DNA from: Opitutales bacterium
Lineage (GTDB): Bacteria; Verrucomicrobiota; Verrucomicrobiia; Opitutales; JAFGAQ01
Direction of reading: 5' to 3'
DNA: 64,000 bases
Assembly: GCA_963676215.2 (NCBI GenBank)
Contig: CAXXVT010000016.1
Span: 45,689 to 109,688 of the forward strand
In this document: positions 28,933-37,548 of the stretch, one piece after another
Position numbering within the stretch: position 1 is the first letter of the stretch
How the letters are laid out: each line of letters begins with the position of its first letter
The notes under the pieces: generated by a model
Told to the model about the DNA's origin: nothing
The model's input: the letters and a program-made list of their open reading frames with translations, nothing else
The model's database searches: none
Program-made: the position numbers and the translations under genes

Positions 28933-30096
28933 TTAAGACGACAACGCGTCATAGTAGGCCCGTGCATCCATCGGGCCAATACTCAGAATGCCTGAGAGTG
29001 TGCTCGGGCTGGGTTCGCGTTCGCGAATATACTGACCGAACGCTTTGAAGAAATCGGTGCCAAATTGCTCCTGGGCAACGCGGATGAACTGATCGGCGGT
29101 TGGATGTTCGTCATCGAATAAAAACTCGCTCAGCGTCGGAAGTTTTTTGTTAAACTTGGTGATCTCGGAGTGAAGATGTTTGTCGTCTATTTCAACAAAG
29201 GGTAGCTGATGTGCCTTGGCATAGCTTTTCAACTCAAGATAGATACTGAGTGGTGAAATCATGAATTTCTTTGCCTCAGTCAAGATGTGCCGAATACGGC
29301 TATCGTCGCTTCGCAGCCGACGATAATATAAAAAACCTGCCTTTGCGGCGTCTTCGGGAAAGAGGAGTGCACCTGCAAAAGCATCGGCGAAGTCTTCTGC
29401 GTCGTCGTATAAATTCGCCTCCAGAAGATTGATCGTCATGACATGGCCCAATTCGTGTGCCATCCAAAACTTAAAATCATGAATCTCAACATCGAGGTTC
29501 AAATAAATCCAGGTTGTTTTGGAATCACGCAAATGGATATGCAGGGCATTTTCGTGCTTTGATTTTTTACCCCATAACACCGGTACAATGACGGCCTGAT
29601 AGTTATGGAAACAATCGATGAGGTGATCGAATTCCAATGGTGCATCACTGGGTAGATTCATGTCACGGCGAAACTTTGCGACGAGATTTTGTAGGTAGCG
29701 ATAGTCCGTTTTCGGGCTTTTCAGTGCGGGTGGCCCTAGGAAGGGGTCAAAGTCGAGATAACCGACAAGCGGACGCAGCAATTGTCCCATGTCCTTTGCA
29801 CGTGCGACATGCGCTTCTGTGGTTTTGCAGCCAGCACGTTTACGAAATGCAACAAGGGGTTCCTGAACGGACATTGTAGTCTCAACCAGTTCATTGTGGC
29901 GTAAACCCAATAATCTTCCGAGTTTCAGAAGTTCCGGAGGGCGAGGGAGAGATTTCCCGGTAAACCATTTCGAAACGGCTGCTCTGGTAAGCCCAAGTTT
30001 CCCCGCAATTGAGGTTTGCGTTAAACCAAGTTCCGCACATCTGGCCTCTATACTGGCTTGATTTAGATGTTTCTCCAAAGGGAAGGAGTTGATCAA
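28933..30096 (-). CDS. XRE-family HTH fused to ImmA/IrrE (COG2856) zinc metallopeptidase
   Basis: N-terminal HTH LGLTQTSIAGKLGLTRAAVSKWFTG, a central HEXXH (FWMAHELGHVM), and about 150 aa of uncharacterised C-terminus. Confidence 0.8.
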   Translation of the reverse strand: MINSFPLEKHLNQASIEARCAELGLTQTSIAGKLGLTRAAVSKWFTGKSLPRPPELLKLGRLLGLRHNELVETTMSVQEPLVAFRKRAGCKTTEAHVARAKDMGQLLRPLVGYLDFDPFLGPPALKSPKTDYRYLQNLVAKFRRDMNLPSDAPLEFDHLIDCFHNYQAVIVPVLWGKKSKHENALHIHLRDSKTTWIYLNLDVEIHDFKFWMAHELGHVMTINLLEANLYDDAEDFADAFAGALLFPEDAAKAGFLYYRRLRSDDSRIRHILTEAKKFMISPLSIYLELKSYAKAHQLPFVEIDDKHLHSEITKFNKKLPTLSEFLFDDEHPTADQFIRVAQEQFGTDFFKAFGQYIREREPSPSTLSGILSIGPMDARAYYDALSS

Positions 30097-30296
30097 AAAT
30101 CGATGTCAACTTTTGTTGACTTATTTGTTTTTTGGACGAATGCAAGCCTAGTTGATCAAATCAGAATCTAAGATCTTCATCTTACCGGAGAAACCGGTTT
30201 GGGTGCCTCTTCCAACTCAGACGCCAGAATTCTAAAAATTGAACGAATGACTTGCTAATCAACATCACAGGATCTGTTATATTGGCAATGTCTCAG

Positions 30297-30368
30297 GACA
30301 GATCCTCCGAGCCTAATGGCTTAGGATATGGCTTTCGCCTCGTTCGTCCGATAAGCAACGGGGCATTT
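30297..30368. repeat. Island repeat, copy B (5' module only)
   Basis: gacagatcctccgagcctaatggcttaggatatggctttcgcctcgttcgtccgataagcaacggggcatt differs from 39404-39475 at 3 positions. It translates to ..SEPNGLGYGFRLVRPISNGAF. Confidence 0.8.
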
Positions 30369-30447
30369 CTAATTTCGCATACACAGGAAAAAGCTGACTC
30401 GTGTGTTTCTTTGATGGCCTTCTCAGGTGGTTTCATCTGAAGATTTC

Positions 30448-30858
30448 TCACAACTGCAATTGTCGAAATTTTGGACCGGGATATTCCAAAACATAACCAA
30501 ATGGACGTTCTCCTCTTCGACAAAACTCCTTCAGCTCTTCCCAATGCTTTACGGTGAGTTGTATCATCTTCCAATAATTCCATGGGTTCTTTTTAGATGG
30601 ACGGAAAATGATCAATCCCAGTTTATGGTAGCTCCATAAGTCCTTTTGAGCCTGGATCCTGTAGATATTTACGTCCTGAGTGATCGCTATTCCATGTGCT
30701 TGAGCAACTTTCGGAATCCATTCTTCATCTTTAGCACCTCTTCCAAATTCCTCTCTCACTGAAAGAACATCAAAACCTTCTCTTAAACGTCCGTTTTGAA
30801 ATTCACGCATTCCACGAATGAGGCGGGGAGAAAAGTTTTCGTCAAAATAGAGTCTCAT
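30448..30858 (-). CDS. DUF5615 (PIN-like/Mut7-C-like) putative toxin
   Basis: MRLYFDENFSPRLIRGM...DEEWIPKVAQAHGIAITQD matches the DUF5615 pattern. It overlaps the upstream DUF433 gene by 4 nt. Confidence 0.7.
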   Translation of the reverse strand: MRLYFDENFSPRLIRGMREFQNGRLREGFDVLSVREEFGRGAKDEEWIPKVAQAHGIAITQDVNIYRIQAQKDLWSYHKLGLIIFRPSKKNPWNYWKMIQLTVKHWEELKEFCRRGERPFGYVLEYPGPKFRQLQL

Positions 30859-31538
30859 GCAGCATTTCGGCTTTCAAATTCGATAGCCGAAGCGACTTGA
30901 TCCATTGAAAGCTCATAATCATTGGCGAGGTCTTCGGGAAGTTCACCCGAAGAATGGAGGGAAAAAAGAGTTTCGGTTGTGATATTGGTGCCATATATCA
31001 CGGGGCGACCGAAGGAGTGTTTAGGGTCTACGACAACCAGACGGTTGTCACCTAGTGGAAAATACCGCTCAGCATGTTGAGTATGCTTGTCGAAATCGAT
31101 TCGAGTACAAAACGGTTCAACGATTTTTTCAAATGCTTGTTGTCCGTTCGTTCCCAGTTCAAGCAATGCTTCATCACCCAACTGCCTGAGCATTTTCCGC
31201 CCATTTACTAACAAACCTTCCAACGCAAATGGAAACTCAGTTTCATAGCGTTCGCCCAATTCCTGACGAACCTTCCGTAATGTTGCTGGAGTGACACCAA
31301 ACTCACGAAGTTCTGCGATGGTGAAAACCTCGATGAGCGTTAGGAAATTGAAATGACGTCTTGGCCCGGACTCTTCAACCGCCAACTTCCCAAATGAGTA
31401 TTTCCGCTGCTCTGATTCTGACACGGTATAACCAGCTACCCAACGTCTGAGTTTAGACAAAGGTAGGTTCAGAATCTTTGAGGCATCTGGAATCGTATAA
31501 ACTCCTGAGCTCAAAACATTTGGATTTATTGAGGACAA
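30855..31538 (-). CDS. DUF433 putative antitoxin with N-terminal HTH extension
   Basis: C-terminus HSFGRPVIYGTNITTETLFSLHSSGELPEDLANDYELSMDQVASAIEF is DUF433. N-terminus VYTIPDASKILNLPLSKLRRWVAGY is a MerR/excisionase-like HTH. Confidence 0.7.
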   Translation of the reverse strand: MSSINPNVLSSGVYTIPDASKILNLPLSKLRRWVAGYTVSESEQRKYSFGKLAVEESGPRRHFNFLTLIEVFTIAELREFGVTPATLRKVRQELGERYETEFPFALEGLLVNGRKMLRQLGDEALLELGTNGQQAFEKIVEPFCTRIDFDKHTQHAERYFPLGDNRLVVVDPKHSFGRPVIYGTNITTETLFSLHSSGELPEDLANDYELSMDQVASAIEFESRNAA

Positions 31539-31823
31539 TTTGAAAGTAATGAACGCTTGTTTATCTAAAAATTACTATCTTCAATTCCAGAGAAAGGTCA
31601 AGATCACGAATGGTTCAATTACATGCACATTTGGTTCAACAAATCCAGTAACCGGCTCAAAACGCTGAAATCGGTGGGTTGAATCATGGGATAGTTAGTT
31701 CAGAAAACAGTTGTTTTACGTAACAACGTGATTACTGGCTTTTTTGTCTTATACCGATCCTTCAACTTTAGAATCCATCGAGAGAACCCAAACAAACTCC
31801 AATTAGTTTGGAGATTCCAGCTA

Positions 31824-32936
31824 CTAGCGATTCTCAAATTTAAATCTTTTTTTCAGTGGTCGATTTAAGGGTGAGGCAAACGAAACCAGACCACGATGCT
31901 GAAGTTGTCCCAAAACGACACCGGGAGTCACATTCAATTCCTTTGCAAAATGTCTAATTTCAAAAGCTCCTGGATTCGGATTAGTCGCAACAAATCGATG
32001 ATAACTCTGGGCGTCTATTAACTTCGTAGCCGCATAGTTGTTTGCTTCTATTTCTTTTGGATCTTCAACAGCTTCACCAGGGTTGTCGATAAAGAGCTTT
32101 TTCTTCACCTCCTGCAGGACATGTTTCGCTTCATGAAAGAAATTGAACCAGATATGGTCATCTGAATTCCAACGCAAACTCAACACAATCACAGGCATTC
32201 CATTTTGCCAAAAAGTGACTCCCCCAATAGCCATTTTTGGCATTTGAGGTAAGAATAACAGCAATACACCGGCTTCTGCACACAGCGTTATCATCTGTTT
32301 CTGATACTGAATTAAATCTTCTGTTACACTTGCACGAATGTCATCCAACACCTCCACAAATCTCATTTTGTTGTAAGCAGGCAACTCAGCTTTAGACGCA
32401 ATTCTCTCGGCTTGACGTACCCAGCAGGCGACTGATTTTGGACAGGTCTCAAGTTTCCCTGAAGCTTTGAAAGCAGGAATCCTTTCATCCCAAAAAGAGC
32501 TAAAGACCGCAGGGGAGCCTATTCCAAAAAACGAAAGTAGTTCCTCTAACTTCTTCTCTGCTTTTCCACCAACATCAGGAAGCCAATCTTCCTGAACAAG
32601 TGCAGGATATGGAAAACTACGCGCCCAATCCAAAGACTCTGCGAAACTCTCTTGTTCCTTCTTTTTCGCAGTGAACTCATCAAATTGGTTTTGCATGTTG
32701 TTCCAAAAACGAGCGGGCACATCGAATACCTTTTCTAAAACCAACGCAAATTCGTGTGAAATTCTAGAGGTGCCATTAAGAATCTTGTGGATATGCGGTT
32801 CAGTCCAACCGGTGCGCTTTGTAAATTCGGCAACAGACATCCCCGCCTCTTCGATGTATTCGCGCAAAGCTGATCCAGGATATTCTACGATATCGGGTTG
32901 ATATTCGTTTTGGTAAAGTTTTTCTGAGCTAGCCAT
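31824..32936 (-). CDS. higA: HigA-type XRE antitoxin fused to ImmA/IrrE metallopeptidase
   Basis: N-terminus GSALREYIEEAGMSVAEFTKRTGWTEPHIHKILNGTSRISHEFALVLEKVFDVPARFWNNMQ is HigA-like. HEXXH lies in FFHEAKHVLQ. The start ATG overlaps the higB-like stop. Confidence 0.8.
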   Translation of the reverse strand: MASSEKLYQNEYQPDIVEYPGSALREYIEEAGMSVAEFTKRTGWTEPHIHKILNGTSRISHEFALVLEKVFDVPARFWNNMQNQFDEFTAKKKEQESFAESLDWARSFPYPALVQEDWLPDVGGKAEKKLEELLSFFGIGSPAVFSSFWDERIPAFKASGKLETCPKSVACWVRQAERIASKAELPAYNKMRFVEVLDDIRASVTEDLIQYQKQMITLCAEAGVLLLFLPQMPKMAIGGVTFWQNGMPVIVLSLRWNSDDHIWFNFFHEAKHVLQEVKKKLFIDNPGEAVEDPKEIEANNYAATKLIDAQSYHRFVATNPNPGAFEIRHFAKELNVTPGVVLGQLQHRGLVSFASPLNRPLKKRFKFENR

Positions 32937-33236
32937 GGTAATCTACGATTTCTTGTATGCAAACAACCTCGATCGCAGACCAAACGATATTTTTCGAATC
33001 ATCGATAGCTTTGGGTTTGAAAACGAGACGGTAGGGGTGATCCAAGTTACAAGCAAAGGTTCCACTTCGGTCACCCTTGAGTTGATGATATTTTGCGCCG
33101 GGAATATGTCTGAGATCCTCGAGACATTGAGCATTTTTCGGTATAATCCTGCCCGTTTCGCTCCCAACTTCTTATCTGCTTTCCGAGCATTGTTCGCGAA
33201 GGTTTTGAGTTGATTGTTCTTAAAGAGGATATCCAT
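32929..33236 (-). pseudogene. higB: HigB-like (plasmid-maintenance killer family) toxin, frameshifted
   Basis: Frame 1 from ATG 33236 gives MDILFKNNQLKTFANNARKADKKLGAKRAGLYRK. The conserved C-terminal half (LEDLRHIPGAKYHQLKGDRSGTFACNLDHPYRLVFKP...IEVVCIQEIVDYHG, stop 32931-32929) lies in another frame. The switch maps near the A5 run (minus-strand cgaaaaatg, about 33130). Confidence 0.7.
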
Positions 33237-33315
33237 GGAAGAGGGTCAAGTCAAATATCACTAAACAAATTATTTAGTCATTTAATAGTTTTGTTAATTA
33301 TAATCAGAATAGAAT

Positions 33316-33546
33316 TCATCTCATCTTAGGCAATTGCTTTGGCAGACAGGCAGTCGGTGAGTTTGAGTTGAGGTTCTGGGCTGACTTGAGGTTTGTTTTG
33401 AGTTGTTCGCAAAGCGCCATGAGTCCATCGACCTTGGCTACGATGGGGAGTTGTTCGGAAAAGGGAGGAATGAGAATTGGGAGTTTACTCATGGTTTGTC
33501 TGCTAACATTTTTCATTGAGGTAATGGTTCCCGAAGCATTCTTCAT
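33316..33546 (-). pseudogene. hsdS: Orphan C-terminal fragment of a type I restriction specificity subunit (HsdS)
   Basis: LPILIPPFSEQLPIVAKVDGLMALCEQLKTNLKSAQ parallels the conserved repeats of the intact hsdS (LPPENEQHRIVAKVDELMALCDQLKANL). No target-recognition domain is present. Confidence 0.75.
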
Positions 33547-33575
33547 ATGCTATTCCCATGGTATGCGTAGAACTC

Positions 33576-33604
33576 ACCTAAATTTCCTCACCCAGAATTT
33601 AGGT
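33576..33604. promoter_or_regulatory. 9-bp-arm inverted repeat upstream of the SIR2-like gene (candidate operator)
   Basis: acctaaatt - 11 nt - aatttaggt, about 90 nt upstream of the GTG start at 33693. Its function is not established. Confidence 0.2.
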
Positions 33605-33692
33605 AATTAGAACAATTCACACATGTTCAGTTAAGCTGTAACATTAAAATTTCATTCCTATCCTCTTCTATTCTGTCTGACCACTCTATCCC

Positions 33693-34688
33693 GTGCCCTC
33701 TGACTTAGATTCTCTTGTTCGATTTCTCAAAACCTCAACGGGATTTGTGCTTTTTGTGGGGTCTGGCATTAACTATGGATACGTTCCTCTCTGGAAACAG
33801 CTTTGTTCCAACCTGCTTGATGTTTCTTTGCCGCTTTTGATTTCGCCAAACGGACCCGATCCGCGGAAAATCAAAAAACAAATAGAGCAGAGTTACGATA
33901 TCTATAATCTGCCCTTTTTGGTGAAGTCCTTAATCGGAGACCGTTATTCAGGATTGCTGCGCAATATCATCTATGAGAACTACCGTGGTCCTTATCAAGT
34001 TCATCAAATAAATAAAAATGCACCAAGTCAAAAGGTGGAGGACACCACGCTTTATCAGGTGGTTAAGCTGTGTCAGCTTCCGACTGTTAAAGCAGTCGTA
34101 ACCTATAATTATGATACGCTTCTCGAAGATGCGCTTCGGGTGGAAACCGATGGGAGAGACTTTGTAAGTATCGTGGACAATCACGAAATCGAATCAAATA
34201 TGCCCACTCTCGGAAGGGAATTGGTAACATTACCGATTTACCATGTGCACGGATTTCTCCCGCGCAGGAACGACATCAATTATCCGGTCAATTGTGAAGT
34301 GGTGCTGGCGATGGATGAATATTTAAACTCCTTTCGACAACAGGATTCCTGGAACAATACCACCCAAATTTTCTTCCTCAGGAACCATCCATGTTTATTC
34401 ATTGGGACCTCGCTGAAGGACATCAATATGCTTCGGCATCTCTTTTCTACCCGGGAAAATAAAACGCCTCATTCTTCAATCAGACTTTCCAGGCTTCTTG
34501 AAAAAACTCCTGATCCATCAAATAAAACAAGTCCGATGACTTTGGATGAAATTCGTGAAAATGCTGTCCTCCAGAAACTGGAATCGCACATGTTAAACCA
34601 CTACAACATCAGGGCGATCTACCAGGACAGCATTCCCGACTTTTTGATGAAACTGAATGAACAATTGAGAAATCGAAGCCCCTGCTAA
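33693..34688 (+). CDS. SIR2-like (SIR2_2 family) protein, putative NAD-consuming effector
   Basis: FVLFVGSGINYGYVPLWKQL (GAGxS-like NAD loop), VVTYNYDTLLEDAL, PIYHVHGFL (catalytic His region) and LFIGTSLKDINM follow the order and spacing of the SIR2_2 domain. The start is GTG. Confidence 0.8.
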   Translation: MPSDLDSLVRFLKTSTGFVLFVGSGINYGYVPLWKQLCSNLLDVSLPLLISPNGPDPRKIKKQIEQSYDIYNLPFLVKSLIGDRYSGLLRNIIYENYRGPYQVHQINKNAPSQKVEDTTLYQVVKLCQLPTVKAVVTYNYDTLLEDALRVETDGRDFVSIVDNHEIESNMPTLGRELVTLPIYHVHGFLPRRNDINYPVNCEVVLAMDEYLNSFRQQDSWNNTTQIFFLRNHPCLFIGTSLKDINMLRHLFSTRENKTPHSSIRLSRLLEKTPDPSNKTSPMTLDEIRENAVLQKLESHMLNHYNIRAIYQDSIPDFLMKLNEQLRNRSPC

Positions 34689-34707
34689 ACAACCCCCCTG
34701 TAATCTC

Positions 34708-37548
34708 ATGAGCAAACCGCGAAAAGATCCTTCCATTATCGAACTCAAAACCGGAAATGACACGCTTGACGAATTGTTAAGGGGGGGATTACACATCAAC
34801 TCCGATCTTGGAAAACATGGTATTGTCGTTGTGATTCGTGGTGAAGGAGGAACTGGGAAAACGACCCTTGCACTGCAGATGACGCACGCGCTCAGTTACA
34901 GCTATCGCAACATTGTTACAACCGAAAAAAAAGATGAGATTGAACAAGCCAAGAAGGATCTAGAGGTCGAGACAAAAGAAGGGAACCCCATAGTCGAGCA
35001 GAAGGAAGAAATTGCACCGAATATTGGATATATCAAACATGCAAAATGGTTTCCGATTAAAGAGACTCAGGAGAAGCTAAACGAGTATCATGAAAAGTGG
35101 AATGAATACAAGGAGGAGCAAGATTCATTCAAGGAAAATCCAGAACAGAAGAAGCCAGAACGTGGTTATAAAGAGATTCCGAAGCCTCCCCCTCGATATG
35201 GCTTGTTTTCCAGCACAGAGAATACGTCGGACGACATCCTCAAGCGTTTGAGTCGGCTCATTGTGGCAAAAGATCTTGAAGATAGCTGTCAAGCGTTGGG
35301 GTATCCATATGCATTGCCCGAGCCAGTGGTGGAGGAAAGTGAAGAGTTTAACAAAGTCCTCGTTCGATGGGATTTTCAAGAAAAGCAACACATCTTGCGG
35401 TGCTGGGAGGTGAAGGATCTGCTGGTCCTGGAAATGAATAAATCGTGTTCAGAAAAATGCTATCACCTCGCGGCTTCAAAAAAGGACAGGATTCGGGCCC
35501 GCAAATTCCAGATTTTCTATAGAAAAAAATCTTATGTAGATGAAAACAAAAAGGAGATCAAATTAACTCCTCCGATCAGCATTGACTATCCTACATATGA
35601 TACGACAAAAGGTTCGCTAGATCCTCAATACGATCGCTTTACAGCTTTCTGTCATTTGTTTTCGAGATTTCTTACTGCACCAAACTGCAAAGAAACCTTC
35701 AAGCACAAGGGTCCTAAAAAAGATAAGAAAGATACTAAACGGCGTCTGAGAGAAATCCGAAACAAAATTGAAGAGGAAAAATCTGCTGTCATCAATGAAA
35801 TCGCCAAGCATTACGAAAAGGATATTGTAGAACCTCTAATTCAATTCGGTGGAATCGGTTCCCAAGTTCAGGATATTGAAATTCAACCCACAGATACGGC
35901 CACAGCGGTTCATCACATCCAAACGCGTATCAACACATTTCGTGAAAAAAGCAAATCTGCGCTGAGAGAGACTCCTTTAGTATTCACGATTGATGGGCTT
36001 GGAGCCATGGTGCCCGAAGAGCGTAATAATCAGTTGTTTTCATCGTTGATTAGCAATCTAAGGGCAACGGTTCCACTGACCATTATCACGCTTGAGGACT
36101 CTGGAGCTCCCTCCAATTACATTGATCATCAGGCAGATCTGGTGATCCTGATGCGGGCAAATGAAACAACAAAACCGATTCATTATCTAATTCATGAGAT
36201 GCAGATCACCAAGTCCCGCTATCAGACTGTGGCTTACGGTTGGCACCAATACAAAATGAGAAATTGGGGTGCAGTGATTTTTCCATCCAGTCACTTCATG
36301 CTGCATCAATTCAACTATGTTCCTCAACAGTATATCAAGAGCTACAGTCATATCCAAATCAATGAAAAATTCAATTCCAACGAGCAGCGGAAACCTTACG
36401 ACTATTACGTTTCAATCATTGAGGGCATTTTAGGATTCACCTCTGGAAATCGTGAGAAATCATCGGGATCGACCATTGCATTGATGGGGAGTAGGGGTTG
36501 TTTTAAAACCGCACTGTCGATCGATTTTTTGACCTCAGGAGGGATGGGCGTTCAACGTAAACGGGATGCTGAGAATAAGTGGAATTCTTTTCCATCAGAA
36601 TCCGGACTTATTGTATCACTGATCGATGACGAATACTATATTCGGGAAAGCATGATTTGCCAGCGTCGAGGGAGTTGTAAAGAAGCGTGCACCTTCGTGG
36701 ACAGAAATTTTGTTCGGTTCAGCCGTTCTAAAAAACATCCTATTTGTTCCTGTAGGGAATGTGCGAGCCGTATATCCCAATTTTACCAACGAACCGGATG
36801 TATCACTTCTTCCGAACTGCTCTTTAACCTCCGAGCTCGAATCCTGAAAGAAAAGGAATACGAAGATGCTAAAACCGAAGAGGAAACGAAAATGAATGGC
36901 GCTCCACTACAAAAACCAGGAGAAGACATTGATCGCATGGTTTTCTGGGATGTAACGCAACTAGACTATCGTTTTCCATTCCTATCAGATGACCCTCTAT
37001 TCGTTCCCGCTTTATTTGATTTGGTCAAAAAGAAGAAGGGAATGAGAGGTCTCTTCATGGGCTCTATGAATGCCAAAAACTCTGGTGTCATTTCAACGAT
37101 CGCAGACAACATCATTTTCGCATGGAGGGATCGGTTGGAAGTAAAAGAATATGATGAATATAACAATAAAGTAGAAGAGCCCCCAAAAACTGATCCCAAA
37201 ACAGAAGGAATGAAAAGACTGCGATCAGGAGATTGCCTTCTCTTATTTGTCGATCGAACCGAGGGAACGATTGGAAGGGACAACAAAGCTTTGTACTGGT
37301 TCCCGATCGGAACTCGGGTCAAAGCCAAACCATCCATTACTCCAAAAGACGTTGAGCTGCAAAAAGAAGGTGACTCCCTCGCAATTGAAACTGAACCAAC
37401 AGGTGAGAAAGGAAATTCGATCCCCACAATTATTCTCCCCGATATTCCGTGGAAACCTGCCGAATATAAGGTCCCCAGAGAGTTATGGGCCAAATTCTCG
37501 AAGTCTGAAGACATGATCAAAGAAATCGAAAAACTTCAGGGGCTTTAA
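34708..37548 (+). CDS. 946-aa tandem KaiC/RecA-like P-loop ATPase with a large charged insertion and a Cys-rich insert
   Basis: Domain 1: LDELLRGGLHINSDLGKHGIVVVIRGEGGTGKTTLALQM (Walker A at 34840-34863). After a roughly 370-aa K/E-rich insertion come LVFTIDGL (Walker B-like) and ADLVILMRANE...MQITKSRYQ. Domain 2: STIALMGSRGCFKTALSIDFL (degenerate P-loop) and LIVSLIDDE, plus a Cys cluster (CQRRGSCKEAC...CSCRECASR). It starts 19 nt after the SIR2-like stop. Confidence 0.7.
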   Translation: MSKPRKDPSIIELKTGNDTLDELLRGGLHINSDLGKHGIVVVIRGEGGTGKTTLALQMTHALSYSYRNIVTTEKKDEIEQAKKDLEVETKEGNPIVEQKEEIAPNIGYIKHAKWFPIKETQEKLNEYHEKWNEYKEEQDSFKENPEQKKPERGYKEIPKPPPRYGLFSSTENTSDDILKRLSRLIVAKDLEDSCQALGYPYALPEPVVEESEEFNKVLVRWDFQEKQHILRCWEVKDLLVLEMNKSCSEKCYHLAASKKDRIRARKFQIFYRKKSYVDENKKEIKLTPPISIDYPTYDTTKGSLDPQYDRFTAFCHLFSRFLTAPNCKETFKHKGPKKDKKDTKRRLREIRNKIEEEKSAVINEIAKHYEKDIVEPLIQFGGIGSQVQDIEIQPTDTATAVHHIQTRINTFREKSKSALRETPLVFTIDGLGAMVPEERNNQLFSSLISNLRATVPLTIITLEDSGAPSNYIDHQADLVILMRANETTKPIHYLIHEMQITKSRYQTVAYGWHQYKMRNWGAVIFPSSHFMLHQFNYVPQQYIKSYSHIQINEKFNSNEQRKPYDYYVSIIEGILGFTSGNREKSSGSTIALMGSRGCFKTALSIDFLTSGGMGVQRKRDAENKWNSFPSESGLIVSLIDDEYYIRESMICQRRGSCKEACTFVDRNFVRFSRSKKHPICSCRECASRISQFYQRTGCITSSELLFNLRARILKEKEYEDAKTEEETKMNGAPLQKPGEDIDRMVFWDVTQLDYRFPFLSDDPLFVPALFDLVKKKKGMRGLFMGSMNAKNSGVISTIADNIIFAWRDRLEVKEYDEYNNKVEEPPKTDPKTEGMKRLRSGDCLLLFVDRTEGTIGRDNKALYWFPIGTRVKAKPSITPKDVELQKEGDSLAIETEPTGEKGNSIPTIILPDIPWKPAEYKVPRELWAKFSKSEDMIKEIEKLQGL

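Noticed and set aside
34708-37548. Reading the 946-aa ATPase as HerA, which would make the pair a known SIR2-HerA system, or as an SMC/Rad50-like protein
   Set aside because: The N-terminus has the KaiC/RadA arrangement (LDELLxGG...G-x-GGTGKTT-LALQ) rather than the HerA/FtsK-type P-loop context. There is no ABC signature or hinge as in SMC/Rad50. This rests on motif reading only and needs a profile search.
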